Assembly: GCF_004010195.1 (NCBI RefSeq)
Contig: NC_057724.1
Location: forward strand, 65,730,096-65,794,095
DNA length: 64,000 nt
Reading direction: 5' to 3'
Source: Chiloscyllium plagiosum
Lineage: Eukaryota
Made by a program: the position numbers and the translations under genes. A model generated the notes under the pieces. That model worked only from the letters and a program-made list of their open reading frames with translations, made no database searches and was not told the origin of the DNA. Shown piece by piece: positions 1 to 12,092 of the stretch (the stretch's first letter is position 1; each line of letters begins with the position of its first letter).

Positions 1-400
1 CCCTGGAGCGTCGGAGGCTGAGGGGTGACCTTATAGAGGTTTACAAAATTATGAGGGGCATAGATAGGATAAATAGACAAAGTCTTTTCCCTGGGGTCAG
101 GAAGTTCAGAACTAGACGGCATAGGTTTATGGCGAGAGGGGAAAAATATAAGAGAGACCTAAGGGGCAACTTTTTCACGCAGAGGGTAGTACATGTTTGG
201 AATGAGCTGCCAGAGGATGTGGTGGAGGCTGGTACAATTGCAACATTTAAGAGACATTTGAATGGGTATATGAATAAGAAGGATTTGGAGGGATATGGGC
301 CGAGTGCTGGCAGGTGGGACTAAATTGGCTTGGGATGTCTGGTCGGCATGGACGGGTTGGACCGAAGGGTCTGTTACCATGCTGTACATCTCTATGACTA
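1..400 (+). mobile_element. CR1/HER1-type LINE 3' end fragment
   Basis: ORF remnant ..RGNFFTQRVVHVWNELPEDVVEAGTIATFK.. (CR1 ORF2 C-terminus) and a tail ending ctctatgactatga; near-identical to 41690-42090. Confidence 0.85.
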
Positions 401-1049
401 TGATTACTTGGCTGGAGTGACCATTTTACACTTGACATTCTGGACAAGAAATTTATGGCCTATTTTCATGCACGAGGGTGTGGAGATAAGACATTAGACT
501 TCCACTGAAAATAGCTCAACAGTCAACACAGCACTTATTCCATGCAACAGTGCAATGTCAAAACTAACTTCAGTATTAGGTTTTATCTGAACTGAGCCAG
601 CAAGCTGAGGGTGACAGACATTCCACAGAGCACAACGATGATCTGATGTATAGTATTCACTTTAACTCTAAGATCACAGGGTCATCCTTTCGGATGGTGG
701 GATGTAAAGCCATGGAGGTTGACTGCCAGGTGACTAAAGCCCTGCCCGTTACAGTCCACAAGAATATAATTCTTCAAGGACAGGTAATTAAGCTGATTAC
801 ACATCTTCAATGCAGCGTTACCTCCACTCCTTTTCACAATACTTTGCCAGGATCATATAAGCACATGACCACAATCCAAATAGTGAAACCTCCTTTTCAG
901 GGAATGGGCCAGTCATCCATGTCCAGCCCCCACCTAAAAACAGCATCAGGATTTGCTTAGGAAAACTGACATGCCCTCAACCCCAATCTAATTTTCAACT
1001 CTAGGTTGGTCAATTTTCTCCACATACTTTGCTAATAGAGAAGTTCACT

Positions 1050-1760
1050 TAAAGTCATGGAGGTGTAAAGCACAGAAACAGACCTGTCAGTCCAACTCAT
1101 CCATGCCAACCAGATGTCCTAAATTAATCTAGTCCCATTTGCCAGCACGTGGCCTATAACCCTCTAAACCCTTCCTATTCACGTACCCACCCAGAGGCCT
1201 TTTAAATGTTGTCATTGTACCAGCCTCCACCACTTCCTCTGGCAGCTCATTCCATACATGAACATCCTTTGTGTGAAAATGTAATCCCTTAGGTCTCTTA
1301 AATCTTGCTCCTCTCACCCTAAACCTATGCCCTCTAGTTCTGGACACCCCCAACTCAGGGAAAAGACCTTGTCTATTTACCTAATCATGCACCTCATGAT
1401 TTTACAAACCTCTACAAGGTCACGCCTCAGTCTCAGACATTCCAGAGAAAACAGCCCCAGCCTATTCAGCCTCCCCTATAGCTCAAACCCTCCAATCCTG
1501 GCAACATCCTTGTAAATCTTTTCTGAATCCTTTCAAGTTTCACAACCTGAATTGGACATAATATTTCAAAACTGGCCTGACCAATATCCTGTACAGTCAC
1601 ACATGCCCTCCCAACTCTAATACTCAATGCTTTGACCAATAAGGGAAAGCATACTAAATACTTTCTTCATTATCCTATCTATCGGAGACTCCACTTTCAA
1701 GGTACTATGAAGCAGAACTCCAAGGTCTCTTTATTCAGCAACACTACCCAGGACCTTTGT
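1050..1760 (-). mobile_element. CR1 LINE 3' fragment
   Basis: Minus-strand remnant HVWNELPEEVVEAGTMTTFK with a CR1-type 3' tail near 1050-1130. Confidence 0.8.
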
Positions 1761-2794
1761 TATGATCTGAAAGACCATTCACCACTGCTAATGTTTGTCA
1801 CTCAGCAAACTTCATATACATTGTGCTTCTGACGCATTTGTTCTATTTCATAAATTCAATGACAAGCCTATTATAAAGCACATTATGAAATGCCTTTTGG
1901 AGTCCACACATACCATGTAAACTGCATTAACTATAGATAACTTTTACCATTTTTAAATGGTCTTTTACCAGATACAGAATACCAAAAAAATAATTTCTAC
2001 AGCTATGTTGTGCACTTTTGCAATGATATCTAATAAATTGCTTCACATTGTAAACATGCAGCAAAATCGACACATACTCCAATTTAGAATGCTTTATTAT
2101 AAAACATGACTTTACCTCTTTCAACAAAACCTTATTGAGCATCCCTAATGAAAGCCACCTTCAAGCTAAGTTAACAAGAAGAGTACCTTAGGAGATCACC
2201 TTCCTTTCCATTATTACCCATAAAGCTTCCATTTTCATTTGTCATAGTCTGGTCCAATTCATTGTTCTTAATGGATACAGATAGGGACTGGAGAAATTAA
2301 TTTAAATTTGTAAGATGACCTTCACCCACTTGTTCCGACGGACTCACATTCAGCATTTCAAAAATTAAATCTATACATGGATCTGGATTTTGACATTAAC
2401 AGCTAGAATATTTTTCCATAATTTTAACAAAATAATCTTGCAAGAAAATAGCAACACAATGAACACAAGTACAACATACCATTTTATCAATCCAACAGTT
2501 AGCATGGTTTGAAGCATAATGTTTTAAATCTCCGTAATACTTAAGTGTTTGATACTTTCCTATTTTGTGTTCCCTCTTCTCTACTACATTTACCTCATAC
2601 TTGCAGGACATGGCAATCAAATCTTCTCAAGCCTAAAAACAGCAAAATCTATTCAACTATGTATTACAGTCTCTAATACGGATATATTTCAGCTGTTCCA
2701 ATGCACCTATACTTCTTTTGTTCACAGAATTTCCATTCCCTCCCTCCAAAAGTTCATCTTCAATAAGGGGCAAACTGCATAATCAGTTCACATT

Positions 2795-2800
2795 TTTATT
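2795..2800 (-). promoter_or_regulatory. candidate NDUFA1 polyadenylation signal
   Basis: tttatt on plus = AATAAA on minus, about 110 nt after the NDUFA1 stop. Confidence 0.5.
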
Positions 2801-2907
2801 CTCCATTTTATGTTAAATATCTCAATTACATTATAACACACAGATTAAAGTTTTTAAGCAGATGTTCTCCTGTAGGCTTAAGGGTCCCGTTTGTGATGAA
2901 AAGCCCA

Positions 2908-2928
2908 TCAGTCAATGTTTTCTAATCC
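2908..2928 (-). CDS. NDUFA1: NDUFA1 exon 3 (GLENID*)
   Basis: Minus strand reads cag|GGA TTA GAA AAC ATT GAC TGA, matching the conserved MWFE C-terminus GLENID. Confidence 0.95.
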   Translation of the reverse strand, partial: GLENID

Positions 2929-3112
2929 CTGTTGGAAGGAAAAAAAACTTAAATAGGATGTAAGTTTTCCATAATTACACCAAAATATTATTTTAAATCT
3001 TCAACTTGGCATTTTTATTTTTGAAAAATGCAAATTTTTAAAAGAGTAATAAAAGAACATCCAACTACGGTTAACATAAGAGAAAGTTCAGCATTTATGT
3101 TCAAGAACTCAC

Positions 3113-3202
3113 CTTTGAGTCGTAATAGGTTTTGCAACCAGATACTCTTCTGTCTCGATCCATCAGGGTCCAATGATATGGTAAGCGTGCAGTTCTCTTT
3201 TC
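3113..3202 (-). CDS. NDUFA1: NDUFA1 exon 2 ([30 protein letters not shown])
   Basis: 90 nt, tttag acceptor and gtgagt donor, phase 0/0; conserved EKR..Y.W.LM.RDRR.SG, with Ser55 in RRVS. Confidence 0.96.
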
Positions 3203-3239
3203 CTAAACATAAAGAATATATGACAAAGGGTCAGTTAGA

Positions 3240-3590
3240 CTCGAAACGTCTGACCAGAGCCTTATACAGCTTCAGCAGAACATCACTGTTCTTGTATTCT
3301 AGCCCTCTTGAAATGAATGCATACATAGCAGTTAGAAAGGCAAATACAAGCTGAATCTGCATGTTAACTTTAAGAGAATCCTGAACTAGGACTCTTAATT
3401 CCTTTTGTTTCAGATTTCTGAGGTTTCTCCTCATAGAAAATAGTCCATGCCTCTATTTTTCCTACTAAAGTACGTAACCTCATATGTTCCCACTTTGTGT
3501 TCCATCTGCCACGTTCTTGCCCATTCTCCTGCCTTGTCCAAATACTTCTGCAGCCTCCCTGTTTCCTCAACACTACTTGTCCCTGTTGAG
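3240..3590 (-). mobile_element. CR1 LINE internal fragment
   Basis: Remnant AFISRGLEYKNSDVLLKLYKALVR, typical of CR1 ORF2. Confidence 0.75.
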
Positions 3591-4459
3591 GAAACAGGGA
3601 GGTTTCATATTTGGGTATATGACAAGGACACTCCCTAGTCCCCAGGTGAGCCTACGCATTAGTTCCGAAATGTTGACAGTGACATGCATTCAAGGTTTAT
3701 CCACTCCTTGAGAAGTTTGGGCCAATATATCCTTTTTATAAAAAAAAGTGTACAACCAATTTAAGTCTACGGTACCGCATGGATTTTGCATACTACTGAA
3801 AGGGGCTGCTTATGCAGTGAAACTTCTTGGTTGCATTGTGGTCCCAGGCTGTGAATGAAAATTCACTATAACACAAGGATGGACTGAAACACACATCATA
3901 AAAAGCTAATCGATTTGTAAGATATCACAAACAACAAATTTAAAGTGTCCCTGGATCCAAGTTAGCTGAGTATTCCTCTGTGGACAGGTTTAAATCTGTC
4001 CATTAGCTTTGGTATTCTCCCTTCCTTTCCTCCTTTGCAGCCACTGATTCTCCCTTTATTCCACATTGCACTGATGTGTTTCTCACTACTGTCAACCTCA
4101 AGCCTCCTAGATTCACAAAGCAAACTGGCTATTTTTGTCAATATGCACAACAAAATTGCCTTTTCATGCCAGCTTCATCAGCCTTGTTTAATGTCATACT
4201 CATCTTCTTGCTGTTCCTCATGGCTTTTTGTCATGAGTGGCTGCTGATCAGGAAAAAATGCCCTTTGATTGAAGGAGCAGCTCTTTTCAAAATTTCTCAG
4301 CTCTACATTTGGAGAGGGGGTAATCACATGATTCTTTATGGGATTTGACAGCTTTGGGGGCAAATATCCCATCAGCGTATTTTGAGCAATGCCTTGGAAT
4401 TACATTTACAATTAGGTACAACTGTGTCCCTAACTCTCTTTTTGCAACATTGTAAAGAG

Positions 4460-5080
4460 TCATAGAGACATATAGCATGGAAACAGACTCTTTGGTCCAA
4501 CTGTCCATCCCAACCAGATATCCTAAACTAATTTGGTCCCATTTGCTGGCACTTAGCACATATCATCCCTCCTTCCTATTCACATTCCCATCCAGATACC
4601 TTTTAAAAGCTTTAATTGTACCAGCCTCCACCACTTCCACGGGCATCTCATTCCATACACACATTCCCTCTGCATGAAAAAGTTGCCGCTTAGGTCCCTT
4701 TTAAATTTTCACCTCTCACCCTAAACCCATGCCTCTAGTTCTGGTCTCCCCCACCCGAGGGAAAAGACCTTGTCTATTTGCCCTGTCTATGCACCTCAAT
4801 TTTATAAACCTCTTTAAGGTCGCCCCTCAGCCTGTGACACACCAGGGAAAACAGCCCCAGCCTGTTCAGCCTCTCCCAATAGCTCAAATCCTCCAACCCT
4901 GGCAACATCCTTGTAAATCTCTTCTGAGCTCTTTCAAGTTTTACAACATCCTTCTAATAGAAGAGAGATCAGAATTGCACACAATATTCCAAAAGTGGTT
5001 GAACCAAATGTCCTGTACAGTCTCAATATGACATCCCAACTCCGATACTCAATGCTCTGACCGATAAAGGAAAGCATGCT
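4460..5080 (-). mobile_element. CR1 LINE 3' fragment
   Basis: Tail gagtcatagag at the left end; similar to the other CR1 3' ends in the window. Confidence 0.75.
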
Positions 5081-5681
5081 TTAAATGTTTCTCACCCTCT
5101 GGAATCTAGGAGCTAAAAATAACAATTTTAAACATTCATTATTTGTGTAAAGATTTGTAGCCAGTTGTCATAGTTGTGGGTATGTTCGCTGAGCTGGGAA
5201 GTTGATTTGGTAAAAACAATGACTGCAGATGCTGGAAACCAGATTCTGGATTAGTGGTGCTGGAAGAGCACAGCAGTTCAGGCAGCATCCAAAGAGCAGC
5301 GAAATCGACATTTTGTATTTATTATATCCGTTGCTCCCGATGCGGCCTCCTCTACATTGGGGAAACTGGGCGCCTCCTAGCAGAGCGCTTTAGGGAACAT
5401 CTCCGGGACACCCGCACCAATCAACCACACCGCCCAGTGGCCCAACATTTCAACTCCCCCTCCCACTCTGCAGAGGACATGGAGGTCCTGGGCCTCCTTC
5501 ACCGCCGCTCCCTCACCACCAGACGCCTGGAGGAAGAACGCCTCATCTTCCGCCTCGGAACACTTCAACCCCAGGGCAACAATCTGAACTTCAACAGCTA
5601 CCACATTTCCCCTTCCCCCACCTCATCCTAATTCCAAACTTCCAGCTCAGCACTGTCCCCATGACTTGTCCAGACTTGTCC

Positions 5682-6161
5682 NNNNNNNNNNNNNNNNNNN
5701 NNNNNNNNNNNNNNNNNNNNNNNNNNNNNNNNNNNNNNNNNNNNNNNNNNNNNNNNNNNNNNNNNNNNNNNNNNNNNNNNNNNNNNNNNNNNNNNNNNNN
5801 NNNNNNNNNNNNNNNNNNNNNNNNNNNNNNNNNNNNNNNNNNNNNNNNNNNNNNNNNNNNNNNNNNNNNNNNNNNNNNNNNNNNNNNNNNNNNNNNNNNN
5901 NNNNNNNNNNNNNNNNNNNNNNNNNNNNNNNNNNNNNNNNNNNNNNNNNNNNNNNNNNNNNNNNNNNNNNNNNNNNNNNNNNNNNNNNNNNNNNNNNNNN
6001 NNNNNNNNNNNNNNNNNNNNNNNNNNNNNNNNNNNNNNNNNNNNNNNNNNNNNNNNNNNNNNNNNNNNNNNNNNNNNNNNNNNNNNNNNNNNNNNNNNNN
6101 NNNNNNNNNNNNNNNNNNNNNNNNNNNNNNNNNNNNNNNNNNNNNNNNNNNNNNNNNNNNN
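5682..6161. other. assembly gap
   Basis: Run of N. Confidence 1.
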
Positions 6162-6202
6162 NCCTCTAACTTATCTCTCCACACTTCAGGCTCACTGCCT
6201 TT

Positions 6203-6238
6203 ATTCCTGATGAAGGGCTTTTGCCCGAAACGTCGATT
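6203..6238 (+). ncRNA. minimal type I hammerhead ribozyme motif (PLE terminal repeat)
   Basis: attc-CTGATGA-a-GGGC tttt GCCC-GAAAC-GTC-gatt. Confidence 0.75.
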
Positions 6239-6312
6239 TCACTGCTCCTTGGATGCTGCCTGAACTGCTGTGCTCTTCCAGCACCACTAATCCAGAATGG
6301 GAAGTTGATTTG

Positions 6313-7370
6313 CAGACATTTCATCCCGTCAGTTCTTTGGAGCCTCCTGTGAAGCGTTACTGTGCTGTTTTCTGGCATTTATTTGGTTCCATTCCTGCTG
6401 CTTCTGGTTGCCAGTTCCTGTAGTTTGTAGTAGTAGCCGGTATATTGTGTTTAGGTCTAGGTGTTTGTTGACAGAGTCCGTGGATGGGTCATAGAGTCAT
6501 GCTATGCTTCTTGACATTCTCTGGCTGTCCTCTGCTTAGCTTGTCCTGAGATTGTTGTGTTGTCTCAATTGAATTTGTGGTCCTTGTCATCTGTATGTTT
6601 GACTACTAGGGACAGCTGGTCGTGGTGCTTAGTGGCTAGTTGGTGTTCGTGGATGTGGATTGCTAGGTGTCTGCCTGTTTGTCCTCCTGTAAACTACGTT
6701 AGCCTTATACATGATGGGTATAGGGTCTTTTGTCCTGGTGAGTGGTTGTCTGTTTGTGGGCTGTCATGAATCCCAATGGTTGGAGAAAGCTGGCTGTTAG
6801 TTCAGAGACTTTTTTAATACAAAGTAGCGTGGTTAGTGTGTTGGGTCGTGACATGTCATTGTCACGTTGTTTGTCTGGTAGGTATCTGCAGATGAAGTTG
6901 CAGGGTATCCGTTCTTGGTGAAGACTCTGTACAGGTGTTCTTCTTCTTCTCTTCGCAGGTCAGGGATGCTGCAGCATGTTGTAGCCCTTTTGAACAAGTC
7001 CTAATGCATCTTTTCTTGTGTGTGTTCGGGTGGTTGCCATTGAAGTTCAGGATCTGGTCTGTGTGTGTGGCTTCTCTGTACACTTTTGTGGTGTATTCAC
7101 CATTCTGTGTTCTTTCTACCATCTTACTTAGGAACAGGAATCGATTGTTGGTTTCCTCCACCCTTGTAAATCTGATTCCTGTGAGCATGGTGTTGATAAT
7201 TCAGTGTGTTCTCTATTTCTTTTCTCTTAACAATTACAAAAGTGTCGTCCATGTGTCTGATCGAGTGCTTGGGTTGGATTTGTGAGAGGGCTGTTTTGCA
7301 TCACTGCTTCTGCCATGAGCCCTGATATGGGTGAGCCTATTGGTGTCCCATTGATCTTTAAATATTCATT
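6313..7370 (-). mobile_element. Penelope-like element, second family (RT/GIY-YIG remnant); continues at 5145-5209
   Basis: Remnant TKVYREATHTDQILNFNGNHPNTHKKRCIR, typical of the PLE RT thumb; similar to 45788-46720 and 52180-53000. Confidence 0.8.
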
Positions 7371-7455
7371 TTCGAGATGTCAGGGGTGCTGTCAAGGAAA
7401 GCATCTTGTGCCTATCCCTAAATGCCCTTGAGAATGTGGTGTTGAGTCATTTAGT

Positions 7456-8695
7456 CCATAAGACATAGGAGTGGAAGTAAGGCCATTCGGCCCATCAAGT
7501 CCACTCCGCCTTTCAATCATGGCTGATGGGCACTTCAACTCCACTTACCCGCATTCTCCCCGTAGCCTTTAATTCCTTGTGACATCAAGAATTTATCAAT
7601 CTCTACCTTGAAGACATTTAGCGTCCCGGCCTCCACTGCACTCNNNNNNNNNNNNNNNNNNNNNNNNNNNNNNNNNNNNNNNNNNNNNNNNNNNNNNNNN
7701 NNNNNNNNNNNNNNNNNNNNNNNNNNNNNNNNNNGGTGCTTTTATATTCCAACTCTCTTGAGATAATTGACAACATTGCATTCGCTTTCTTAATCACGGA
7801 CTCTACCTGCATGTTTACCTTTAGAGAATCCTCGACTATCACTCACAGATCGCTTTGTACTTTGGCTTTATGAATTTTCTCACCGTTTAGAAAGTAGTGC
7901 ATGCTTGTATTCTTTTTTCCAAAGTGCAAGACCTCGCATTTGCTCACATTGAATTCCATCAGCCATTTCCTGGACCACTCTCCCAAACTGTCTAGATCCT
8001 TCTGCAGCCTCCCCACTTCCTCAGTACTACCTGCCTGTCCACCTAACTTTGTATCATCGGCAAACTTCGCTAGAATTCCCCCAGTCCCTTTATCCAGATC
8101 ATTAATATATAACGTGAACAGCTGCGGCCCCAACACTGAATCCTGCGGGACACTGCTTGTCACTGGTGGCCATTCCGAAAAAGAACCTTTTATCCCAACT
8201 CTCTGTCTTCTGTCAGACAGCCAATCCTCAATCCATACCAGTAGCTCACGTCGAACACCATGGGCCCTCACCTTGCTCAGCAGCCTCCCGTGTGGCACCT
8301 TATCAAAGGCCTTTTGGAAATCTAGATAGACCACATCCACTAGGTTTCCCTGGTCTAACCTACTTGTCACCTCTTCAAAGAATTCCAACAGGTTTGTCAG
8401 GCATTACCTCCCCTTAGTAAATCCATGTTGACTTGTTCTAATCCGACCCTGCTCTTCCAAGAATTTAGAAACCTCATCCTTAATGATGGATTCTAGAATT
8501 TTACCAACCACCAAGGTTAGGCTAATTGGCCTATAATTTTCCATCTTTTCTCTTGATCCTTTCTTGAAAGGGGGTTATAACGGCAATCTTCCAATCATCC
8601 GGGACTTTCCCTGACTCCAGTGACTTTTGAAAGATCTCAGCCAACGCCTCCGCTATTTCCTCAGCCACCTCCCTCAGAACTCTAGGATGTAGGAT
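7456..8695 (-). mobile_element. CR1 LINE RT fragment (relatively young)
   Basis: ORF 7843-8388 VYLDFQKAFDKVPH..GPQLFTLYINDL..KFADDTKL (RT domain); 3' tail at 7456; gap at 7644-7734. Confidence 0.9.
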
Positions 8696-9599
8696 ATCAA
8701 ATCTATATCCACCAAGGAGACGAGGAGAAATGACGCAGAGCACCTTGTGGATGAAAGGCATTGCAGCTACTAAGCAAAAGTAGTGAATGGAATGTTTTTA
8801 ATGTGTTTCCAATCAAGTGTACTGCATTGTCCTGAGCTTCTTGCATGTTATTGGAGCTGCACTCATCCAGACAAATGAGGAATAGTTCATCACACTCCTG
8901 ACTTTTATCTTGTACATGATTCTCTTCAACTGATGCCCAGACAGAGGTATTTCTAACAGTGTCACTGAGATACACAGCAAAAACAGGACTCTTGGATTAT
9001 TCACCACATGTACTTAGGCAACTGTGCCAGTTATATCTGAGGGATAATAGTGACGAGGGAGTGCTGCACTGTCTCCAGTGTCAACTTTAAGGTGGGATAG
9101 AAAAGCGAGGAAAGTTTCTTTCCCCCTCTCAGGTACACAGGATACAGATTCTGGAAGAATAGGAATGAGTGGGATGTGTGTGCATGTTGTGAGTTTCCCC
9201 CTCCCCCCCAAAAGCTCCCTTAGTAACACTTCTTCAAAAGCCTTGGTACTTAAAATGAGTTATACCAATTCAAGTTGTTGTTGGTCAACCAACACGATGA
9301 CCTAAAAATACGTAGGTGCGAAGAGAAAGGACATGAGACTATAAGATATAGGATCAGGAGTAGGCCATCCAGCCCATCCATCCAGTCTTCTAGTGCAAAG
9401 AGTTAACCTCAACTGCATGTTGTAGACTGTCACATTCCAAAGTCCAGGACCATGCGGTGAGGGATGCACTAAAGCTTGGGGCAGCTGCCACAAAGGCACA
9501 GTGGGGAAAGACCACCATTTGAGGTTTTTCTGCCCAGGTACAATGGGGGTCCATTCAGTTATCATATCCTCTCAGTGCCCCTGCGTACATAAATATTGT

Positions 9600-10140
9600 C
9601 AGCCCATGGGTTTCCTCCAGGTGCTCCGGTTTCCTCACACAATCTAAAGACGTGCAGGTTAGGTGAACTGTCCACGCTAAATTGCCCATAGTGTTCAAGG
9701 ATGTGTAGGTTAGGGGCATTAGTCAGGGATAAACATAGAGTAATAGGATTATAGGGTAATAGGAGGAGAAAGTGAGGTCTGCAGATGCTGGAGATCAGAG
9801 CTGAAAATGTGTTGCTGGAAAAGCGCAGCAGGTCAGGCAGCATCCAGTTCCCTGTTCCCTGGATGCTGCCTGACCTGCTGCACTTTTCCAGCAAACATTT
9901 TCAGCTCTTATAGGGTAATAGGGTGGGTTACTATTCAGAGGGTCGGTGTGGACTTGTTGGGCCAAATAGCCCGTTTCCACACTTCAGGTCCTGTTCCCTG
10001 GATGCTGTCTGACCTGCTGCGCTTTTCCAGCAAACATTTTCTGCTCTTATAGGGTAATAGGGTGGGTTACTATTCAGAGGGTCGGTGTGGACTTGTTGGG
10101 CCAAATAGCCCGTTTCCACACTTCAGGGATTCTATGATTC
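9600..10140 (+). mobile_element. HE1-type SINE 3' part with nested PLE palindrome and a 139-bp tandem duplication
   Basis: gtgctccggtttcctc..gtgcaggttagg HE1 body; unit cctgttccctggatg..acacttcagg at 9851-9988 and 9990-10127. Confidence 0.75.
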
Positions 10141-10477
10141 ATAACAAAGAAATGCTTTGGGGCTTTTTTTTTGCAATTGCAGGGAATGCCAAATTCCAAT
10201 GCTTGTGTGTTATTCGTGAGCAAAGACTATAAACAAATGCTTCAGTAACTATATAAAGCTTTTTTTAAGGAATAAAGCATATTCACGGCTGATCCGACAT
10301 TCCTCAAGTACAATTTCCTGCATTTTCCCGTAACTATGCAAGATCAAGAATCTATCTCAGCCTTAAATGTACCCAAGGTCTCGGACCCCACTGGCACCGA
10401 GCTCCAAAGGCTCACAGGCCCTCAGTGAAAAAGGGCGCTAAACACAGCCGACAATAAGTAACAGCTCCACTGCTTAC

Positions 10478-10579
10478 CTTGCCGCCGTTCGTCCACCTGT
10501 GAATGTAGATGGTGGCGAGCCCTGGCACCGTCAGGCAGCCGGCCATGATGGCAAGCCCGGGCAGGATCTCGTACCACAT
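10478..10579 (-). CDS. NDUFA1: NDUFA1 exon 1 ([34 protein letters not shown]), NADH:ubiquinone oxidoreductase MWFE subunit
   Basis: MW[FY]EILPG N-terminus, 102-nt coding exon, AAG|gtaagc donor; the three exons join to 70 aa. Confidence 0.97.
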
Positions 10580-10898
10580 CGCCGGCCTCCTAGGGCTACC
10601 CTCACAGCGACCTTCGCAGGGCGCATGCGCAGACCATCTCTTTCCTCCTCCTCCTCTCGCGAGAACTGTCCCGCCGCTGGAGTGGGGCCGCCCGCTCATC
10701 AAACCGCCGCGGTGATTGGCTCGCGATGACCCCGCCTCCCGTCCACCGCCCCCACCTCTCCCGCGCCAACCAATCAGAAGAGAGATGGGAGCTTGAGTGA
10801 CGTGACAGGGAGCAAAAGGCCAGCGGGCTCAGCTGGAGAGGGCCTGTTGGTGCTGGAGGCCTGTTTATCTGCGAAGCTGAAGTCCGTTTTCTTAAGAC
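10580..10898. promoter_or_regulatory. bidirectional CpG-island promoter shared by NDUFA1 and UPF3B
   Basis: GCGCATGCGC 10621-10630 (NRF1-type); TCTCGCGAGA 10655-10664; ATTGG 10715-10719 and CCAAT 10770-10774; GC boxes about 10730-10753; TGACGT 10798-10803; divergent ATGs. Confidence 0.88.
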
Positions 10899-11009
10899 AT
10901 GAAGGAAGACAAGGAGAATACCAAACCCAGGGAGAAGAAGGTGGAGGTCAAATATGAGGAAAGGGCAGAGAAACCCGAAAAGAAGGAGAAGAAGGAGGTC
11001 TTGACCAAG
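10899..11009 (+). CDS. UPF3B: UPF3B exon 1 (MKEDKENTKPREKK..EVLTK)
   Basis: MKE.KE..P.EK start as in UPF3B; AAG|gtttgt donor, phase 0. Confidence 0.9.
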
Positions 11010-11985
11010 GTTTGTGAAGCAACAGGCCTCAGCCCAGGATCCAGTTCAGGAGGCAATGTCTCCACTAGATAAAACAAAGAACTGCAGTCCTCATCTGATG
11101 AAGGATCACTGGACTCCAAAGATTAACTGTTTCTTTCTCCACAGATGCTGCCAGACCTGCTGGGTTTCTCCAGAAATTTCTGGTTTTGTCTCCACATAAA
11201 TGGCTTCCTTCAAAATCCATGTTCAACATAAATTAAAATTGAAGCTGTCAGTGTGATTGCAAAGCTCCAAGGCAGTTAGGCTATTTTTGGTTTCTCACTA
11301 TCCGTTTTCCCGTGTACATATTGTTAATGATGTTTATTCCACTGTTTCCTGTGAGGAGCACACTTACTTGTGACAGCCTGTATTATGACAATTGGAGAGA
11401 ATCGAATATTGTATGGATTTGAATTTGTGGCTGAGTCATCCTGGATCTTGTGTATTCTCTCAATTACTGGTCAGCTCTCCAACTGCTTCAGATTTGTCTT
11501 TAAACAGAAAATGCTGTGAGTACTCTGGAAGTTAAGCTGCATCTATGGAGAAAAACAGATTTAATGTTTTAGGTCAATGACAACACAATGCTTTCTGTGT
11601 TGATTTTCTATCAGATATGTCTTCCTCAGTTTTACTAATTGTATTTGCTGCTTAAACTGAGTTTTTTTTAAAAAAATGTTTGTAATATTTAAATGATCCT
11701 GATCCTAAGGTAGCCTCTTTATTCATGAACATTTTGTCATTAGATGTTTCTTCAATAATACTTTATGGCTTGTATTCTCACTACAACAGGGTCATCACAT
11801 TTGTTGTAAAACTGCAGTAATTGCAGTTTGCTCTTGTTTTTGTAATTTGAATGTTACTAGATTAAGTAGCTCACTGTATACCTAATCTGAGTGATCTGTT
11901 TTGAAATTTAAGAATACTCTGAGATTAACATTGTATATTTTTTGAAGAGGTAGCTGATATGTATTAAATTACCTTTATCCAATAG

Positions 11986-12092
11986 GTGGTGATCCGTCGT
12001 TTGCCTCCAACTCTGACAAAAGAGCAGTTAGAAGAGCAACTTGCCCCTTTGCCTGAACATGATTACTTCGAATTTTTCTCTACCAATTCAAG
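11986..12092 (+). CDS. UPF3B: UPF3B exon 2 (VVIRRLPPTLTKEQLEEQLAPLPEHDYFEFF), RRM-like domain
   Basis: tag acceptor, gtaagt donor, 107 nt; hallmark KVVIRRLPP motif. Confidence 0.97.

Larger units (their letters stand above)
5210..6297 (+). mobile_element. Penelope-like element (GIY-YIG 3' part, inverted terminal repeats) with 15-bp TSD
   Basis: ORF IYYIRCSRCGLLYIGETGRLLAERFREHL..LEEERLIFRLGTLQPQG (GIY-YIG endonuclease); TSD tgggaagttgatttg at 5195-5209 and 6298-6312; contains an assembly gap. Confidence 0.88.

Noticed and set aside
5591-6263. Long ORFs of X residues (also 40708-41614)
   Set aside because: Artefacts of N gaps.
10412-10702. 96-aa single ORF over NDUFA1 exon 1
   Set aside because: Reads through the promoter and the splice donor; only 10478-10579 is coding.
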